64,000 nucleotides of DNA from an uncultured Alphaproteobacteria bacterium (GCA_902537415.1 CACBBC010000005.1:14842-78841), one strand, 5' to 3'; shown: positions 30,569 through 41,531, counted from the first letter of the stretch. Program-made: numbers and translations. The notes: a model not told the origin generated them from the letters alone.

Positions 30569-32505
30569 TGTCAAAATTTAAAGACACCACCCTAAAATCA
30601 AAGCTAATCAGGCGAGTACATAGAAGGATAGTGCTTGCTGGATTATTAAAAGCGAGCACGGTAGCACTTTTGGGATGGAATATCAGAAAACTACAAATTG
30701 AAGACTCTGAGGATTACAAGTTACTAGCAGATGCTAATAGAGTGAACCTAAGACTTATTCCTCCTTCAAGAGGGCTTATTTTTGATAGATTGGGTACGCC
30801 AATTGCCTTAAATGAACAAAATTACAAAATAGTTTTCATTAGAGAACAAGCTGGTGATCCTAGAAAAGTATTAAAGAAGCTTGCAAGCATTATAGAGTTA
30901 GACAAAAAGCGTCAAGAGAAAATATTGCAAGATATGAAAAAAAGAAGTTCTTTCATACCGATTACCGTCGCCGAAAACCTTACCTGGAAAGATTTTGCGC
31001 ACATATCAGTAAATTTACCAAGTCTTCCAGGCATAATTCCAGAGGTAGGGTTAACCCGCCACTACCAAGAATACGAGTCATACGCTCATATTGTAGGTTA
31101 TGTTGGACCGATATCCGATAAAGACCTCGAATCTGAGAAACCAGTTGACCCAGTTCTTCAAATCCCAAAGTTTCAAATAGGGAAAGTAGGGGTTGAGAAA
31201 AAATTAGAGGCCCATTTACGAGGAAGAGCAGGGGTCAGTAAAGTTGAGGTTAACGCCTCAGGACGAGTAATGAGAGAACTAAACAGAACTCAAGGTAAAT
31301 CTGGAGAAAACATACACCTGACTATAGCAACCAATCTTCAGAAGTTTGCATCAGAAAGATTGAAGGGGATGAGCGCATCATCGGTTCTTATTGATATAAA
31401 GAGTGGAGATATATTATCACTAGTATCAACCCCTAGCTATAATCCAAATAACTTTGTATTAGGAATATCGCAGTCTGATTGGAACGCTTTACTGAATGAT
31501 GAGCGAAAACCTTTACTGAACAAAGCTACTTCTGGAGCCTATCCCCCAGGCTCAACATTTAAAATGGTAGTAGCTGCAGCAGCTCTCGAACTAGGACTTA
31601 TTGGATTAAATGATAAAATATTTTGTGCCGGATTCTATGAGTTAGGAAGCAGAAATTTTCACTGCTGGCTTAAGGGTGGGCACGGAAAACTAACCCTCCA
31701 AGAAGCTATTCAGAAGTCATGCGACGTCTATTTTTATGAGCTTGCTCGTAAAGTCGGAGTGAAAAGAATTGGGGATATGGCAAGACAGCTAGGTCTTGGT
31801 CAAGCATACAACCTACCATTGACCGGTTTAAGTAAGGGTTTTGTACCCACAAAAAAATGGAAAAAAGAAAGATTTGGCACCAGCTGGCTTGTCGGAGACA
31901 CTCTCAATGTGGGCATCGGACAAGGATTTAGCTTAGCAACGCCTTTACAGTTAGCTGTTATGACAGCCAGACTGGCATCTGGGAAAGAGGTGACCCCAAA
32001 CATTATTAAAAACTCTAATAAAAACCTAGATAATCCCAAAGCTCTTTCGATAAAAGAAAATACTCTGGTTGCTATTAGAAAGGGAATGTTTGACGTTTTA
32101 AATGAAAAAGACGGTACAGCATTTAACTTTAGAACTACTAATCAGAATTTCTTAATTGCAGGTAAAACAGGCACCTCTCAAGTAAGGAGAATAACGCGAG
32201 AGGAGAGAGAGGAAGGCGTGATCAAAAATGAAGATTTGCCATGGAAAATGAGAGATCATGCTCTGTTCACATGTTTTGCTCCATTTAAAAATCCTAAATA
32301 CGCGCTTAGCGTAGTAGTTGAGCATGGAGGAAGTGGTTCCAAGGTAGCTGCTCCAATTGCAAGGGATATAATGCTTTTTCAACTTTACGGAGGTATTCCT
32401 CCTGTCACTGCTTATCCAGAAAAACAACAAGTAGAGGCACGTAATAGGCTTTTGGATATTGAGAAAAAAATAAATTCTAAAACTAACATAAATCCAAATA
32501 TTTAA
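30568..32505 (+). CDS. mrdA: penicillin-binding protein 2 (elongasome transpeptidase)
   Basis: 645 aa with SxxK (STFK), SxD (SCD) and KTG (GKTGTS) boxes. Its start overlaps the mreD stop. Confidence 0.9.
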   Translation: MSKFKDTTLKSKLIRRVHRRIVLAGLLKASTVALLGWNIRKLQIEDSEDYKLLADANRVNLRLIPPSRGLIFDRLGTPIALNEQNYKIVFIREQAGDPRKVLKKLASIIELDKKRQEKILQDMKKRSSFIPITVAENLTWKDFAHISVNLPSLPGIIPEVGLTRHYQEYESYAHIVGYVGPISDKDLESEKPVDPVLQIPKFQIGKVGVEKKLEAHLRGRAGVSKVEVNASGRVMRELNRTQGKSGENIHLTIATNLQKFASERLKGMSASSVLIDIKSGDILSLVSTPSYNPNNFVLGISQSDWNALLNDERKPLLNKATSGAYPPGSTFKMVVAAAALELGLIGLNDKIFCAGFYELGSRNFHCWLKGGHGKLTLQEAIQKSCDVYFYELARKVGVKRIGDMARQLGLGQAYNLPLTGLSKGFVPTKKWKKERFGTSWLVGDTLNVGIGQGFSLATPLQLAVMTARLASGKEVTPNIIKNSNKNLDNPKALSIKENTLVAIRKGMFDVLNEKDGTAFNFRTTNQNFLIAGKTGTSQVRRITREEREEGVIKNEDLPWKMRDHALFTCFAPFKNPKYALSVVVEHGGSGSKVAAPIARDIMLFQLYGGIPPVTAYPEKQQVEARNRLLDIEKKINSKTNINPNI

Positions 32506-32506
32506 G

Positions 32507-33619
32507 ATGAACCCATTCATAAAGATAATTTACATTAATTGGCCACTACAGATCCTAATTCTGGCAACAGCCTTATTTGGATTTTTAATGCTGTATTCTG
32601 TTAGTGGTGGGAGTTGGGAGCCTTGGACTAAACCTCAAATAAATAGGTTTTTTATAAGCTTCATATTAATCTTTGTAATGTCAGCGATCAGTATTTCCTT
32701 TTGGCAGAAGATATCTCCTTTTTGCTATATACTAGGTTTAGCATTACTAATAGCTGTCTATTTTTATGGTGATACGGGAATGGGTGCAAAAAGGTGGTTA
32801 GATTTAAGAATAATAAAATTACAGCCATCGGAAGCTTTCAAAATATCAATGGTAATGGCCCTTGCTTATTATTATCATAAGCTTCCTGTCAATAAGGTAT
32901 CACATCCGTTTTATGTTTTAGTTCCACTTTTACTAATAATAATTCCTGCATTAATAGTTTTTCGACAGCCAGACCTTGGCACAGCGTTGGTTATAATTAT
33001 GATAGGTATTTTTGTAATGTTCATTGCTGGGGTACATTTTGGATATTTTTTATTTGGAGGATTTAGCTTCTTTACTCTACTTTTTACCCTATTTCAGAGT
33101 AGAGGTACAGATTGGCAGCTACTTAAGGATTATCACTTTAGAAGAATAGATACATTTCTAGACCCATCAGCGGACCCTTTAGGAGCAGGTTATCACATTA
33201 CACAATCAAAAATTGCCTTAGGTTCAGGGGGTCTTTTTGGACGCGGCTATATGCAAGGCTCACAAAGTCAGCTTAATTTCTTACCGGAGAAACATACCGA
33301 TTTTATATTTACTACTCTTGCAGAGGAGTTTGGATTTTTTGGTACAATTGGTCTTCTTATCATATATAGCCTTATTGTTGCTTTTTGCATTTTTTCAGCA
33401 CTAGCAACTACGGACAAATATTCTCGATTATTGATAACAGGTCTTTGCATGACTTTTTTTACTTATTTCTCTATAAATATCGCAATGGTTATGGGCCTAT
33501 TGCCAGTTGTGGGTATCCCTTTACCGCTAGTTTCCTATGGAGGATCTTCAATGATTGTAATCATGTTGAGCTTTGGACTTATTCAAAGTGCACACGTGCA
33601 CAAGAATGTTGGCTTCTGA
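32507..33619 (+). CDS. rodA: peptidoglycan glycosyltransferase RodA (SEDS family)
   Basis: 370 aa polytopic SEDS protein (LDLRIIKLQPSE, PEKHTDFIF, PLPLVSYGGSS). Confidence 0.9.
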   Translation: MNPFIKIIYINWPLQILILATALFGFLMLYSVSGGSWEPWTKPQINRFFISFILIFVMSAISISFWQKISPFCYILGLALLIAVYFYGDTGMGAKRWLDLRIIKLQPSEAFKISMVMALAYYYHKLPVNKVSHPFYVLVPLLLIIIPALIVFRQPDLGTALVIIMIGIFVMFIAGVHFGYFLFGGFSFFTLLFTLFQSRGTDWQLLKDYHFRRIDTFLDPSADPLGAGYHITQSKIALGSGGLFGRGYMQGSQSQLNFLPEKHTDFIFTTLAEEFGFFGTIGLLIIYSLIVAFCIFSALATTDKYSRLLITGLCMTFFTYFSINIAMVMGLLPVVGIPLPLVSYGGSSMIVIMLSFGLIQSAHVHKNVGF

Positions 33620-34553
33620 TTTGAACATTTTTATCTCAACTGGATCTAAAACTGCAGAATACAAGAAGGCTCTTGCAGAAGAAATCGAAGCCCAATCTTT
33701 GAACTATAACATAGTAGAAGACATATCCAGAAGCAATGAGGTTAATGCAATAATATATGCTGATGATAGTGACATCGCCGACTTTTCCATTTTCCCAGAT
33801 GATACGGTGATATTCTCAATATTTGCAGGTGTTGAAAAAACGCTTTTAAACAAAACAATCCAGCAACCGTTGGTGAGATTAATTGATCTAGAAATGACCG
33901 AATGCATGGCCGAATGGTGCACCGCTCATGTATTGAGATATCATCTTGACCTCGATAAATATATTAAGCCAGTAAAAAAAGAATGGAAAGCGCACAACAA
34001 AGAAAGGCTACTTGCAAATCAAATTGACATAGGAGTCTTAGGTCTTGGGACTCTTGGATCAGCCACCGCAGAAAAACTTCAGAAACTTGATTTTAAGGTA
34101 ACAGGTTGGTCTGCAACAGAAAAAAATATTCCGGGAGTACGATCATTAATAGGACCGGAAGGTTTGACAAAAATACTCTCCACTTCCGATTACTTAATAC
34201 TACTACTACCACTCACAGAGAAAACAAAAACCATTATCAACTCGGATTCGCTTAAAATCGTTAAGACTGGAGCAATTTTGATCAATGCTGGGAGAGGAGG
34301 ATTAATCGAAGACAATGACCTTCTAAAAGCACTTGATAGTGGGAAGCTTTCAGGGTGTACTTTAGACGTCTTTAACGAAGAGCCTTTGCCACCAGAACAC
34401 CCCTTTTGGTTCCATGATAAAGTGACTGTTACTCCTCATATATCTGCTCCGACACGATTGAGAAGTTCTATTAAATCTATTCTGATAAATATCGACAGAA
34501 TAAAAAAAGGTCTGCAGCCCTCAGGTTTGGTAAAGAAAAAGAGGTTCTATTAA
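33606..34553 (+). CDS. D-isomer-specific 2-hydroxyacid dehydrogenase (glyoxylate/hydroxypyruvate reductase A-like)
   Basis: NAD-binding GVLGLGTLGS, catalytic region INAGRGGLI...LDVF...TPHISA. The ATG at 33606 overlaps the rodA stop and is preferred over the start at 33573. Confidence 0.75.
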   Translation: MLASDLNIFISTGSKTAEYKKALAEEIEAQSLNYNIVEDISRSNEVNAIIYADDSDIADFSIFPDDTVIFSIFAGVEKTLLNKTIQQPLVRLIDLEMTECMAEWCTAHVLRYHLDLDKYIKPVKKEWKAHNKERLLANQIDIGVLGLGTLGSATAEKLQKLDFKVTGWSATEKNIPGVRSLIGPEGLTKILSTSDYLILLLPLTEKTKTIINSDSLKIVKTGAILINAGRGGLIEDNDLLKALDSGKLSGCTLDVFNEEPLPPEHPFWFHDKVTVTPHISAPTRLRSSIKSILINIDRIKKGLQPSGLVKKKRFY

Positions 34554-36244
34554 AAAAGAATAATTCCCAGAACGACTAATAGTACAATTGCAATGAAGAG
34601 AACCATAGTTCCAGAGGTAAGTATTCTTGTCATAACACCTTCTGGACCAGATACATGATATACTTTATCTAAAACCAACCGCAAAGACTTATTGAAAAGC
34701 CTTAGTCCTTTTTGTTCTACTAATTCGAGAATAAATATTATCTTACGTAATAAAAATGGTAGGAACACGCGATAGGTCCAATCAAAATCAAGATTTATTG
34801 AACGTGTTTCAGAAGGCAGCTGCCTGAGTTTGCTCAAAATAATGAATGCTAAAATAGCAAAGCATAATAGTTGCAACTGCGTTAAAATATGTTCAAACGT
34901 ATATGGGTTATATTTCACTTCAAAAGGCATAATTGCATACAAATTATTTGGGAAAATACCTATATAAATACAAAGAATTGCCGTCAATCCCATCGCTAAT
35001 AACATGTGAGCAGGTGCTTCGTTCGGTCTTTTGCCTGAGTCATGATGAAAAAAAGTAAAGTAGGGAACTTTTATCCCAGAATGCGATAAAACACCAGCGG
35101 ACGCAAAAACAAGGATTAACCAAATAAACTGATAGTGTTCCTTTCCTGCTCCACTCATAATTAGTGATTTACTAACAAATCCAGAAAACAGAGGAAAAGC
35201 AGATATCGATGCGGCTCCAATAAGGCAAAAGGTTGCTGTTAAGGGCATAGTTCTATACAAGCCTCCTAACTCCGATGCTCTAGAAGTACCCGTTCTAAAA
35301 AGAACGGCGCCAACGCTCATAAAGAGCAGTGCTTTATACAATATATGAGAGAAAGCGTGTGCCGCAGTGCCATTAAGCGCTAATTCCGTTCCCACACCTA
35401 CTCCAACGACCATAAAACCAAGTTGATTATTGAGGCTATACGCTAATACCTTTCTTAAATCATTCTCAACTTCTGCAAAGAAAATAGGAAATATTGTCAT
35501 AGCTGCGCCAATATAAATGAGAAGTTCTGTTCCTGGAAACCCTCGTGCCAAAGCGTAAACTGCAAGCTTTGTTGTAAAAGCAGAGAGTATAACTGTACCC
35601 GTTATAGTAGCCGACGGATAGCTGTCTTGAAGCCAATTATGCAGAAATGGAAAAGCACACTTTATGCCGAAAGCAACAAAAATTAAAGCTGTAGCTAAAC
35701 TATCTAGTTCCATTTTACTAAAAGATATTGATCCCTTCTCAAAGTAAAAAAGAGCAACACCGAAAAGCAAAACGACCCCGGACAATACTTGAATGATAAG
35801 GTAGCGCATACCGGAGTGGTAGGAGCCCTCGGTTTTCCGAGCCCATATTAGAAAAACAGATGATATAGCGGTAAGCTCCCAATAAACAAAAAGCGTAACA
35901 AGATCCCCAGCGAAAACTGCTCCTACAGCTGCTCCTGAATAAATAAGAGCTACAAAGGGCTGTGTACTTTCGCGAAGATGGAATGCGAATATATTTCCTA
36001 AAAAAGCAGCTATACAGAAAATAATTCCGAATACAGTCGAAAGCTTATCTACTCTCATAAAGTTCAGTTCAAGATCCAAAAATTGCACCTTGAAACCATC
36101 ATCCCAACCTCCATTAAGTAACACTAACAGCGCTATAACAGGAACTAGGCAGACGAAAGAAGACTTTACAGCTCCTTTAGGCAAAAAGATTGATATTAGT
36201 CCTCCTATCAAAAAGTAAATTGGGAGAGGAAGTGTTGCTAACAT
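34550..36244 (-). CDS. NuoL/MrpA-MrpD-type antiporter subunit (Proton_antipo_M fold) with an extended C-terminus
   Basis: Polytopic protein with conserved stretches of the NuoL/M/N family (WELTAISS, AAHAFSHILYKALLFM). The Met at 36244 lies 1 nt after the stop of the upstream small ORF. The C-terminal ~110 aa is a long charged/amphipathic segment plus a final TM helix. Confidence 0.75.
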   Translation of the reverse strand: MLATLPLPIYFLIGGLISIFLPKGAVKSSFVCLVPVIALLVLLNGGWDDGFKVQFLDLELNFMRVDKLSTVFGIIFCIAAFLGNIFAFHLRESTQPFVALIYSGAAVGAVFAGDLVTLFVYWELTAISSVFLIWARKTEGSYHSGMRYLIIQVLSGVVLLFGVALFYFEKGSISFSKMELDSLATALIFVAFGIKCAFPFLHNWLQDSYPSATITGTVILSAFTTKLAVYALARGFPGTELLIYIGAAMTIFPIFFAEVENDLRKVLAYSLNNQLGFMVVGVGVGTELALNGTAAHAFSHILYKALLFMSVGAVLFRTGTSRASELGGLYRTMPLTATFCLIGAASISAFPLFSGFVSKSLIMSGAGKEHYQFIWLILVFASAGVLSHSGIKVPYFTFFHHDSGKRPNEAPAHMLLAMGLTAILCIYIGIFPNNLYAIMPFEVKYNPYTFEHILTQLQLLCFAILAFIILSKLRQLPSETRSINLDFDWTYRVFLPFLLRKIIFILELVEQKGLRLFNKSLRLVLDKVYHVSGPEGVMTRILTSGTMVLFIAIVLLVVLGIILF

Positions 36245-36245
36245 C

Positions 36246-36536
36246 TTACTTTTCCTCCATGCCTGGATAATCTTCACTATCCACTGCTTTTTTGGCATAG
36301 AAATTTTCTGGCCTTCCCAAAAGCAACCTTAGCAATCGTGATCCAAATATTATAATTGAAAACATTATGAACCCATAAATACTATAAAAATTATAGGTAC
36401 TCTCAATTTCAAAATAGACATATCTCTTAACAAAAAAATCTATTACGAATAAGCAAAGACACAGAATTAAAAAAACAATCAGTAGAACTCGAAGTCGATT
36501 AGCTTTCTCAAAAAATATGAATGGGTTAAATCTCAT
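36246..36536 (-). CDS. small two-TM membrane protein of unknown function embedded in the Mrp-like operon
   Basis: 96 aa with two hydrophobic helices, packed between two D-type subunit genes with gaps of 9 nt or less. Confidence 0.45.
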   Translation of the reverse strand: MRFNPFIFFEKANRLRVLLIVFLILCLCLFVIDFFVKRYVYFEIESTYNFYSIYGFIMFSIIIFGSRLLRLLLGRPENFYAKKAVDSEDYPGMEEK

Positions 36537-36545
36537 GTTCTCTCC

Positions 36546-38018
36546 TCAGCTCACTAAACCGAAATTAATCATAAAATCTCTTATATGACCTACATAAAAA
36601 AACAAAAGTAATGAGATACTAGCCGTTATTGCGGGCGGTAGCCAAACAAATGCGCTCGGCTCTTTAAAACTTTTAAACTCTTTTTGATCTGAAGGGTTAA
36701 GATAAAAGCCCTTTGCCACTAATGGCAAAAGATATGCGATATTAAGAAGGGAACTTATCAATAGGACTAAAACCACGAATTGTTTATCTGCCTCAAGAGA
36801 TGATAATATTAAAAACCATTTTGCCCAAGACCCCCCCATCGGAGGAAGTCCTATGATCGATATGGCACCTATAAGAAAACTTAAAAACGTAATTGGCATC
36901 ACTCTTCCCAATCCCTGCATATCACTAATATTTGTTTTCTTGGTTGCTACATAGATAGAACCAGCACACATAAATAGAGTGATTTTCCCAAACGCGTGAG
37001 TAACTATTTGTAGAGCTCCACCCAAAACGCCCAGACTATTCGCAAGAGAGAAAGCAAGCACAACATAAGCCAATTGACTAATAGTAGAATAAGCGAGTCT
37101 AGCTTTTAAATTATCTTTAGTCATCGCGACCAGAGAAGCGAATAAAATCGAAAAACAAGCTAACCAAGTTAGCCAATCTGTTGCCCCCGATACTGACAAA
37201 CTCTCTACACCAAATATGTAAACACCTACTTTAAGAACTGTGAAAACTCCCGCTTTAACCACAGCAACAGCATGCAGCAAAGCACTAACAGGTGTAGGAG
37301 CGACCATAGCAGCAGGCAGCCACCTATGGAACGGAAATAGAGCTGCCTTCCCTATCCCAAAGGCAAATAACGCGACGAGGAGTGTTAATTCTAATGATCC
37401 AAAGGAGCCATTTAAAATTCCACCTTTTACAAAATCCAACGTGCCAATAGAAAAATAAATCCAAATTATGCCTAGCAACTGTAGACCAATTGACGTTCCT
37501 AGTAATATTGATAGGTAAACTCTTGCACCTCTCAACGCTTCATTCGAGCCCTTATGAGAAACTAATGGAAAGGTAATGAGAGTTAGTATTTCGTAGAATA
37601 GAAATAAGGTGAAAAGATTTCCAGAGAATGAGATCCCCATAACACTGGCTATTGACAGGGAAAAAAAGAAAAAGAACCTCGAATGGTTTTTCTCCTTTGC
37701 TCCTCTCATATATCCAATCGCGTAAATATGAGTAAGTATCCAAAGTCCTGAGGCCAACATTGAGAATATAATGCCCAGAGGCTCAATATGAAAAGAAATA
37801 TCAATCCCGGGCATTATGGTAGCCAGTTTATATTGTGTTGCCTGACCATCAAAGCCGAGAAAAATGTTTGCACTAAAATAAAATGTTATCAGTGCACCTA
37901 GTAGAGTAACAGTATCCCTGACATTTGGTTTTTTATTAAAAATTAAATTAAACCCGCCCACTAATGCCGGAGTAAAAACTGTTAAAAATATCAAAAACTC
38001 TATCGGCATAAAATACAC
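36546..38018 (-). CDS. MrpD/NuoN-type antiporter subunit
   Basis: 490 aa polytopic protein with Proton_antipo_M-like motifs (FFLFYEILTLITF, PTPVSALLHAVAVVKAG). Confidence 0.8.
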   Translation of the reverse strand: MYFMPIEFLIFLTVFTPALVGGFNLIFNKKPNVRDTVTLLGALITFYFSANIFLGFDGQATQYKLATIMPGIDISFHIEPLGIIFSMLASGLWILTHIYAIGYMRGAKEKNHSRFFFFFSLSIASVMGISFSGNLFTLFLFYEILTLITFPLVSHKGSNEALRGARVYLSILLGTSIGLQLLGIIWIYFSIGTLDFVKGGILNGSFGSLELTLLVALFAFGIGKAALFPFHRWLPAAMVAPTPVSALLHAVAVVKAGVFTVLKVGVYIFGVESLSVSGATDWLTWLACFSILFASLVAMTKDNLKARLAYSTISQLAYVVLAFSLANSLGVLGGALQIVTHAFGKITLFMCAGSIYVATKKTNISDMQGLGRVMPITFLSFLIGAISIIGLPPMGGSWAKWFLILSSLEADKQFVVLVLLISSLLNIAYLLPLVAKGFYLNPSDQKEFKSFKEPSAFVWLPPAITASISLLLFFYVGHIRDFMINFGLVS

Positions 38019-38019
38019 C

Positions 38020-39519
38020 CTACTTGAAAAGGATTTCTGTGGCCATGTTAGCTACATCCACTGTTAAACCAGTATTAATGCCTAGAAAAATACAAAAAAA
38101 GGCGAGTATCCAAATAGGCATCAATGTAAGAACGCTTACTTCACTGTAAGTTTCTGTACTTTCTGCAAAGTATAAAACTTCGATTATCTTCCATATATAA
38201 ATAACTGCGAAGAGCGACGACACTATAATAAGAATTGCTAATAACCAATACCCGGTTTCAAGTGCTGCTTCTAGAAGCAGCCATTTGCTAATAAATCCAG
38301 CTGTACCAGGCACACCAATCAAACTTAAACCCCCAATTACGAAAGCACCTGAGGTAAATGGCATTGATTTTCCTAAACCTCTTAAACTTTTAATATATAC
38401 ATTTTTTGTATTAAACATAAAAGCACCTAGCGACATAAACAGCGCTGCTTTAGTGAAGCCATGATTAACCATATGCACTAATGAAGATGAAAGGCCTTTT
38501 TGACTCATTAACGATAATCCAAGGAGCATATACCCTATTTGTGCGAGGCTAGAATAAGCGAGTAGCTTCTTTAGGTTCTGTTTGAAAATGGCAATAACTG
38601 ATGCCGCGATCATTGCGATTACTGCAAGAGGCATTAAAAGGAGAAAAAAGAGCTCACTTACAAAGTTCTCTTCATAATTGAACACAGAAAATACAAATCG
38701 GATCAAAACATAAAGTGCAACTTTGGTCGCTGTTGCAGCCAAAAAGCAGGTAACTACAGTGGGAGCAAAGGTATAAGCATTAGGCAACCAAACATGAAGA
38801 GGAACCATAGCAAGCTTAAGCCCCATACCCACAACAATAAAGGCGAATCCCGCTTGAATAGTTCTGTTATCACCTAATTGGCTAACTCTTTCCGCAATGT
38901 CCATCATATTTAGAGATCCAGTCGCCATATATATATAACCAATTCCAATTACAAAAAAAGTTGCACCAATAGTGCCCATTATTAGATAATTGAAGGATGC
39001 AGAAAGTGCCCTTCTATCAAGATAGGACCCTTGTGCTACCAAAACATAGGTGGATAAACTTGAAATCTCTAAGAAGACAAAAACGTTAAAAATATCTGCT
39101 GTCGCTACTACACCTAACAAACCGGTAAGGCATAAAAGAAAGCAGGCGTAGAACAAAGTATGTTTTTCTTCAGGAATTTCTGCGTGAAGTGAAGAATACG
39201 AAAAAATCAGTACAATTGCACTTATAATTGATATCAGAAACAATAATATAGCGTTGGCGGCGTCTATTCTGTATTCAATTCCGATTGGCGGCACCCATCC
39301 CCCAAGGTAATAAGTGAGAATGCTGCCGTCACTGACAGCTTGTATTAGTAAGATTGATATAAATAAAGACGCTAAAGTGCCTACAAAGCTTAGCAACCAA
39401 GACAATGTCTTATTGTTAAGTACAACCAATATAGGTGCTATCAACATCGGAATGATCACTTGCAAAATTGGTAAATGATTAACCAACTCTAAAGTGCCCT
39501 GTTTAATTTCTGAAGCCAT
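38020..39519 (-). CDS. MrpD/NuoM-type antiporter subunit
   Basis: 499 aa polytopic protein (VFLEISSLSTY, HVWLPNAY, LVHMVNHGFTKAALFM). Confidence 0.8.
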   Translation of the reverse strand: MASEIKQGTLELVNHLPILQVIIPMLIAPILVVLNNKTLSWLLSFVGTLASLFISILLIQAVSDGSILTYYLGGWVPPIGIEYRIDAANAILLFLISIISAIVLIFSYSSLHAEIPEEKHTLFYACFLLCLTGLLGVVATADIFNVFVFLEISSLSTYVLVAQGSYLDRRALSASFNYLIMGTIGATFFVIGIGYIYMATGSLNMMDIAERVSQLGDNRTIQAGFAFIVVGMGLKLAMVPLHVWLPNAYTFAPTVVTCFLAATATKVALYVLIRFVFSVFNYEENFVSELFFLLLMPLAVIAMIAASVIAIFKQNLKKLLAYSSLAQIGYMLLGLSLMSQKGLSSSLVHMVNHGFTKAALFMSLGAFMFNTKNVYIKSLRGLGKSMPFTSGAFVIGGLSLIGVPGTAGFISKWLLLEAALETGYWLLAILIIVSSLFAVIYIWKIIEVLYFAESTETYSEVSVLTLMPIWILAFFCIFLGINTGLTVDVANMATEILFK

Positions 39520-39944
39520 TAACTATTGGTCTCCAGAACATTCTTTTTATTGTATTTCTTTAGGTCTTTTTGATCCATTTTTTGGATATCATCTTCTTCA
39601 ACCGAGTCGTACTCTTCTCGAATTTTTATTATTAGAGCTAAACCTAAAGCAGTAGTCGCTATACCGACAACAATTGCGGTAAGAATAAGAACATGTGGAA
39701 GCGGATTAGAATAAATAACTGCCGAATTATTAGCGGACTTATCAAGCAGAATTGGGGCCGTGCCACCCTTCATTTTACCTATTGATATATAAAACATAAA
39801 AACTGATGTTTGGAAAATATTTAATCCCACAATTTTCTTAATGAGATTTCCTCTTGAAACAACTATAAAGAGGCCTGACAGCATCAGGATAATGAATAAC
39901 CAGTAAGGCAAGTGCCCATATATGAAGTTTAAATTACTGTCCAT
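39519..39944 (-). CDS. mnhC: Mrp/Mnh subunit C (NuoK-like)
   Basis: 141 aa. GLNIFQTSVFMFYISIG...NPLPHVLILTAIVVGIATTALGLAL is the MnhC signature. Confidence 0.8.
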   Translation of the reverse strand: MDSNLNFIYGHLPYWLFIILMLSGLFIVVSRGNLIKKIVGLNIFQTSVFMFYISIGKMKGGTAPILLDKSANNSAVIYSNPLPHVLILTAIVVGIATTALGLALIIKIREEYDSVEEDDIQKMDQKDLKKYNKKNVLETNS

Positions 39945-39947
39945 GGC

Positions 39948-40424
39948 TTACCACTCTTTATCGTCTAGACGCGGAGTGCGCCCAGCAAACCCATAATAAA
40001 TAGCGATCATCACAAAGGTCACCGTTATTCCAACACCAAGCTCAACTAATATGATCCCGTAGTGCTGTCCATGTTTTGGGTGTTCGGGGCTAATTGCGTG
40101 ATAGTTTAAGAATTCAAATCCAACAATAATTGAGAAAACACCCGTTAGTGCGTATACTAAAACGCCCACAGCTGCCGCCTTCTGTGCAAACCAAATAGGC
40201 ATTACTTTTTGTACATTCTCCAGACCCATGACTATACCATAAAGGATAAAGGCTGCCGCGATGATTACGCCAGCTTGGAAACCTCCTCCAGGAGAGTAAT
40301 CTCCATGAAACTGCACATATAGTCCGAACAAAACAATAACTCCGACCATGAATTTTGTAATAACTTTTAAAATTAAATGATGTTTCATAGTCTCACTCTT
40401 TATCTTTTCTTCCTTTGAGACCAC
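39948..40424 (-). CDS. mnhB: Mrp/Mnh subunit B domain protein
   Basis: 158 aa with the MnhB hallmark HGDYSPGGGFQAG. Confidence 0.8.
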   Translation of the reverse strand: MVSKEEKIKSETMKHHLILKVITKFMVGVIVLFGLYVQFHGDYSPGGGFQAGVIIAAAFILYGIVMGLENVQKVMPIWFAQKAAAVGVLVYALTGVFSIIVGFEFLNYHAISPEHPKHGQHYGIILVELGVGITVTFVMIAIYYGFAGRTPRLDDKEW

Positions 40425-40896
40425 TCAATAATAGAATAACTCCGAGGCCTGCTGTTAGCACAACCACTGTTTCGCCAAGCGTATCATATCCTCGATAGCT
40501 CGCCAATATACCTGTTACAACATTTGGTATTCCCATATCTTTGTAAGTGATACTCAGATATGTAGATCCCAGATGTAATTGAGCAGGTGAGTCAAAAGCT
40601 CCAAAGTTCGGCATATCAAGAGTTCCATAAATTAGCAAAACACCAACAAGGCAAACAACTACAAGCGGAAATAAAATAGGTCTTTTTGTCTCTTTCTGAA
40701 CTCGAACCGTGAGCGCCATTGTTGCAAGCATCAAAACAGTAGACACCCCTGCCCCGACAGCGGCTTCAGTAAAAGCGACATCGACAGCATCCATCACCAC
40801 AAAAAGCATTGCAGACACTAAGCTAAAAGCACCCGATAACATTATTACTGCAAAGAGATGCTTTAACGTCAATGCCATAATTGCGATGGTAACCAA
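40393..40896 (-). CDS. DUF4040-type membrane protein (stand-alone equivalent of the MrpA C-terminal / MbhD-like module)
   Basis: 167 aa. FVVMDAVDVAFTEAAVGAGVSTVL resembles DUF4040. It sits between mnhG and mnhB. Confidence 0.65.
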   Translation of the reverse strand: MVTIAIMALTLKHLFAVIMLSGAFSLVSAMLFVVMDAVDVAFTEAAVGAGVSTVLMLATMALTVRVQKETKRPILFPLVVVCLVGVLLIYGTLDMPNFGAFDSPAQLHLGSTYLSITYKDMGIPNVVTGILASYRGYDTLGETVVVLTAGLGVILLLSGLKGRKDKE

Positions 40897-40928
40897 AACT
40901 ATGAAGAAACATATTATAATAAATAACT

Positions 40929-41243
40929 CTATTTTCTTTCCCCCTTCTTTTTTTTGTATCCCAGAGTAACAAATGCTGCATTAGCAATGGCATGCGAAGC
41001 CGTGGGTGAGGAAATAAAAATAAATATAGCTATAGCTAAAAGTTTAAAAAAGACCCATATGGTCGTGACTTGCAACATCATTCCCAAAATTAAAAACAGC
41101 ACACCTCCTGTATCACTAATAGATGCACCGTGTAGTCTTGACCAAAAATCAGGTAACCTTATTAAGCCTAAGCTTCCGGTTAAAAGCAAAAATGATCCTA
41201 AGAGGATAAATATCCAACTACATATGTCTATCAATAAACTCAT
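40929..41243 (-). CDS. mnhG: Mrp/Mnh subunit G
   Basis: 104 aa with the MnhG signature GSLGLIRLPDFWSRLHGAS. Confidence 0.8.
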   Translation of the reverse strand: MSLLIDICSWIFILLGSFLLLTGSLGLIRLPDFWSRLHGASISDTGGVLFLILGMMLQVTTIWVFFKLLAIAIFIFISSPTASHAIANAAFVTLGYKKKKGERK

Positions 41244-41527
41244 TACGCTTTCTTTCTACTCAAGGCTTTTTTGTCACCAATTTCTTTATATCTAAAGAAT
41301 TTAAGGATCGCGATTGTGCCAATAAAATTAAGTAGTGCATATAATAAGGCGATATCGAGAAAATCGGGTCTGCCAAATAAAAAACCAACGACGCTAATCA
41401 TTAAAACGGCTAGTGTGCCAAATGCATTTAACGCTAGAACTCTGTCATATAATGTTGGGCCTAAAAATAATCTTACAAGCACCAATATAAATGAAATCAG
41501 GATTGAGATGGTTGCAACGTAAAACAT
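41243..41527 (-). CDS. mnhF: Mrp/Mnh subunit F
   Basis: 94 aa with the MnhF signature LGPTLYDRVLALNAFGT. Confidence 0.8.
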   Translation of the reverse strand: MFYVATISILISFILVLVRLFLGPTLYDRVLALNAFGTLAVLMISVVGFLFGRPDFLDIALLYALLNFIGTIAILKFFRYKEIGDKKALSRKKA

Positions 41528-41531
41528 AAAT